Source: a virus (Duplodnaviria; Heunggongvirae; Uroviricota; Caudoviricetes). Taken from it: a stretch of DNA of 5,118 nucleotides. The translations under genes were made by a program, and so were the position numbers. The notes beneath the pieces were generated by a model. The model saw only the letters and a program-made list of their open reading frames with translations, was not told where the DNA came from and did not search any database. Positions 4,593-5,118 of the stretch are shown here, piece by piece; the stretch's first letter is position 1, and the number at the start of each line of letters is the position of its first letter. The DNA lies in IMG/VR virus record IMGVR_UViG_2713896781_000020; one strand, written 5' to 3'.

Positions 4593-5118
4593 TATGGTGG
4601 CCGCCGTTTCGGTTGCGCTGCAGCCTCTGGTCAGGGTTGTACCGATGACGGCAGTTGAATGGGCTGACCAGTATTATTATCTGCCGAAAGAATCCTCATA
4701 CGGTGACGGCGAATGGAAAACGCTGCCGTTCCAGATCGCCATCATGAACAGTATGGGGAATGATCAGATCCGCACTGTTAATCTGATTAAATCTGCCCGT
4801 GTTGGCTATACAAAGATGTTGCTGGGAGTCGCCGGGTATTTTATTGAGCATAAATCCCGAAACAGTCTGCTTTTTCAGCCCACGGATTCTGCCGCTGAAG
4901 ATTTTATGAAGTCTCACGTGGAGGCGACGATTCGGGACGTGCCATGCCTGAAAGATCTTTCCCCGTGGCTGGGTCGTAAACATCGTGACAATACTCTCAC
5001 GCTGAAACGCTTTTCATCGGGGGTGGGCTTCTGGTGCCTGGGTGGTGCGGCAGCAAAAAACTACCGTGAAAAATCCGTGGACGTGGTCTGCTATGACGAA
5101 CTTTCCTCGTTCGAGCCG
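4564..5118 (+). CDS. A: Terminase large subunit, lambda gpA-like (5' portion only; continues beyond the window end)
   Basis: Open frame from ATG 4564 to the window end with no stop. Translation MNISEQQLNNMVAAVSVALQPLVRVVPMTAVEWADQYYYLPKESSYGDGEWKTLPFQIAIMNSMG...IKSARVGYTKMLLGV...FMKSHVEATIRD...KHRDNTLTLKRF...FWCLGG.AAKNYREKSVDV is recognisably similar to the lambda gpA N-terminus (MNIS...TAVEWADANYYLPKESAYQEGRWETLPFQRAIMNAMG...KSARVGYSKMLLGV...). The first 29 nt overlap the 3' end of the Nu1-like gene in another frame, as in lambda. It is absent from the ORF track only because it has no in-window stop. Confidence 0.92.
   Translation, partial: MNISEQQLNNMVAAVSVALQPLVRVVPMTAVEWADQYYYLPKESSYGDGEWKTLPFQIAIMNSMGNDQIRTVNLIKSARVGYTKMLLGVAGYFIEHKSRNSLLFQPTDSAAEDFMKSHVEATIRDVPCLKDLSPWLGRKHRDNTLTLKRFSSGVGFWCLGGAAAKNYREKSVDVVCYDELSSFEP

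Noticed and set aside
4696-4983. 95-aa ORF on the - strand
   Set aside because: Antisense to the clearly homologous terminase large-subunit coding sequence.
1-5118. CRISPR arrays, tRNA/rRNA genes, IS elements and attachment sites
   Set aside because: I saw no regularly spaced direct repeats, no cloverleaf-like tRNA candidates, and no terminal inverted repeats with a transposase. None can be supported.

Overview
This window is the late-region junction of a lambdoid enterobacterial prophage (lambda / phage 21 / Stx-phage-like mosaic). Reading left to right on the + strand it holds a lysis cassette (S21-type pinholin, SAR endolysin, Rz/Rz1 spanins), a lambda-type cos site, the terminase small subunit (Nu1-like) and the 5' part of the terminase large subunit (gpA-like, running off the window). 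All assignments rest on reading the translations and motifs by eye and on recall of family sequences; no searches were run. Three N-masked runs (254-308, 2965-3014, 3245-3304) hide sequence and limit some calls. Content that the canonical S-R-Rz/Rz1-cos-Nu1-A layout does not explain: (1) a roughly 1.1 kb, visibly more AT-rich insert between holin and endolysin carrying two convergent ORFs of unknown function (at least 203 aa on +, 104 aa on -); (2) two tiny, translationally coupled membrane-protein ORFs (60 and 43 aa) between the endolysin and Rz, just downstream of a bidirectional intrinsic terminator; (3) a 61-aa ribbon-helix-helix-like ORF on the - strand between Rz and cos, with an inverted repeat in its upstream region; (4) a cosB region that differs from lambda and carries three copies of a GGTTGTTGT-type motif. 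The holin-endolysin insert is the best candidate for an undescribed accessory (moron) module, but I cannot assign it a function from sequence alone.
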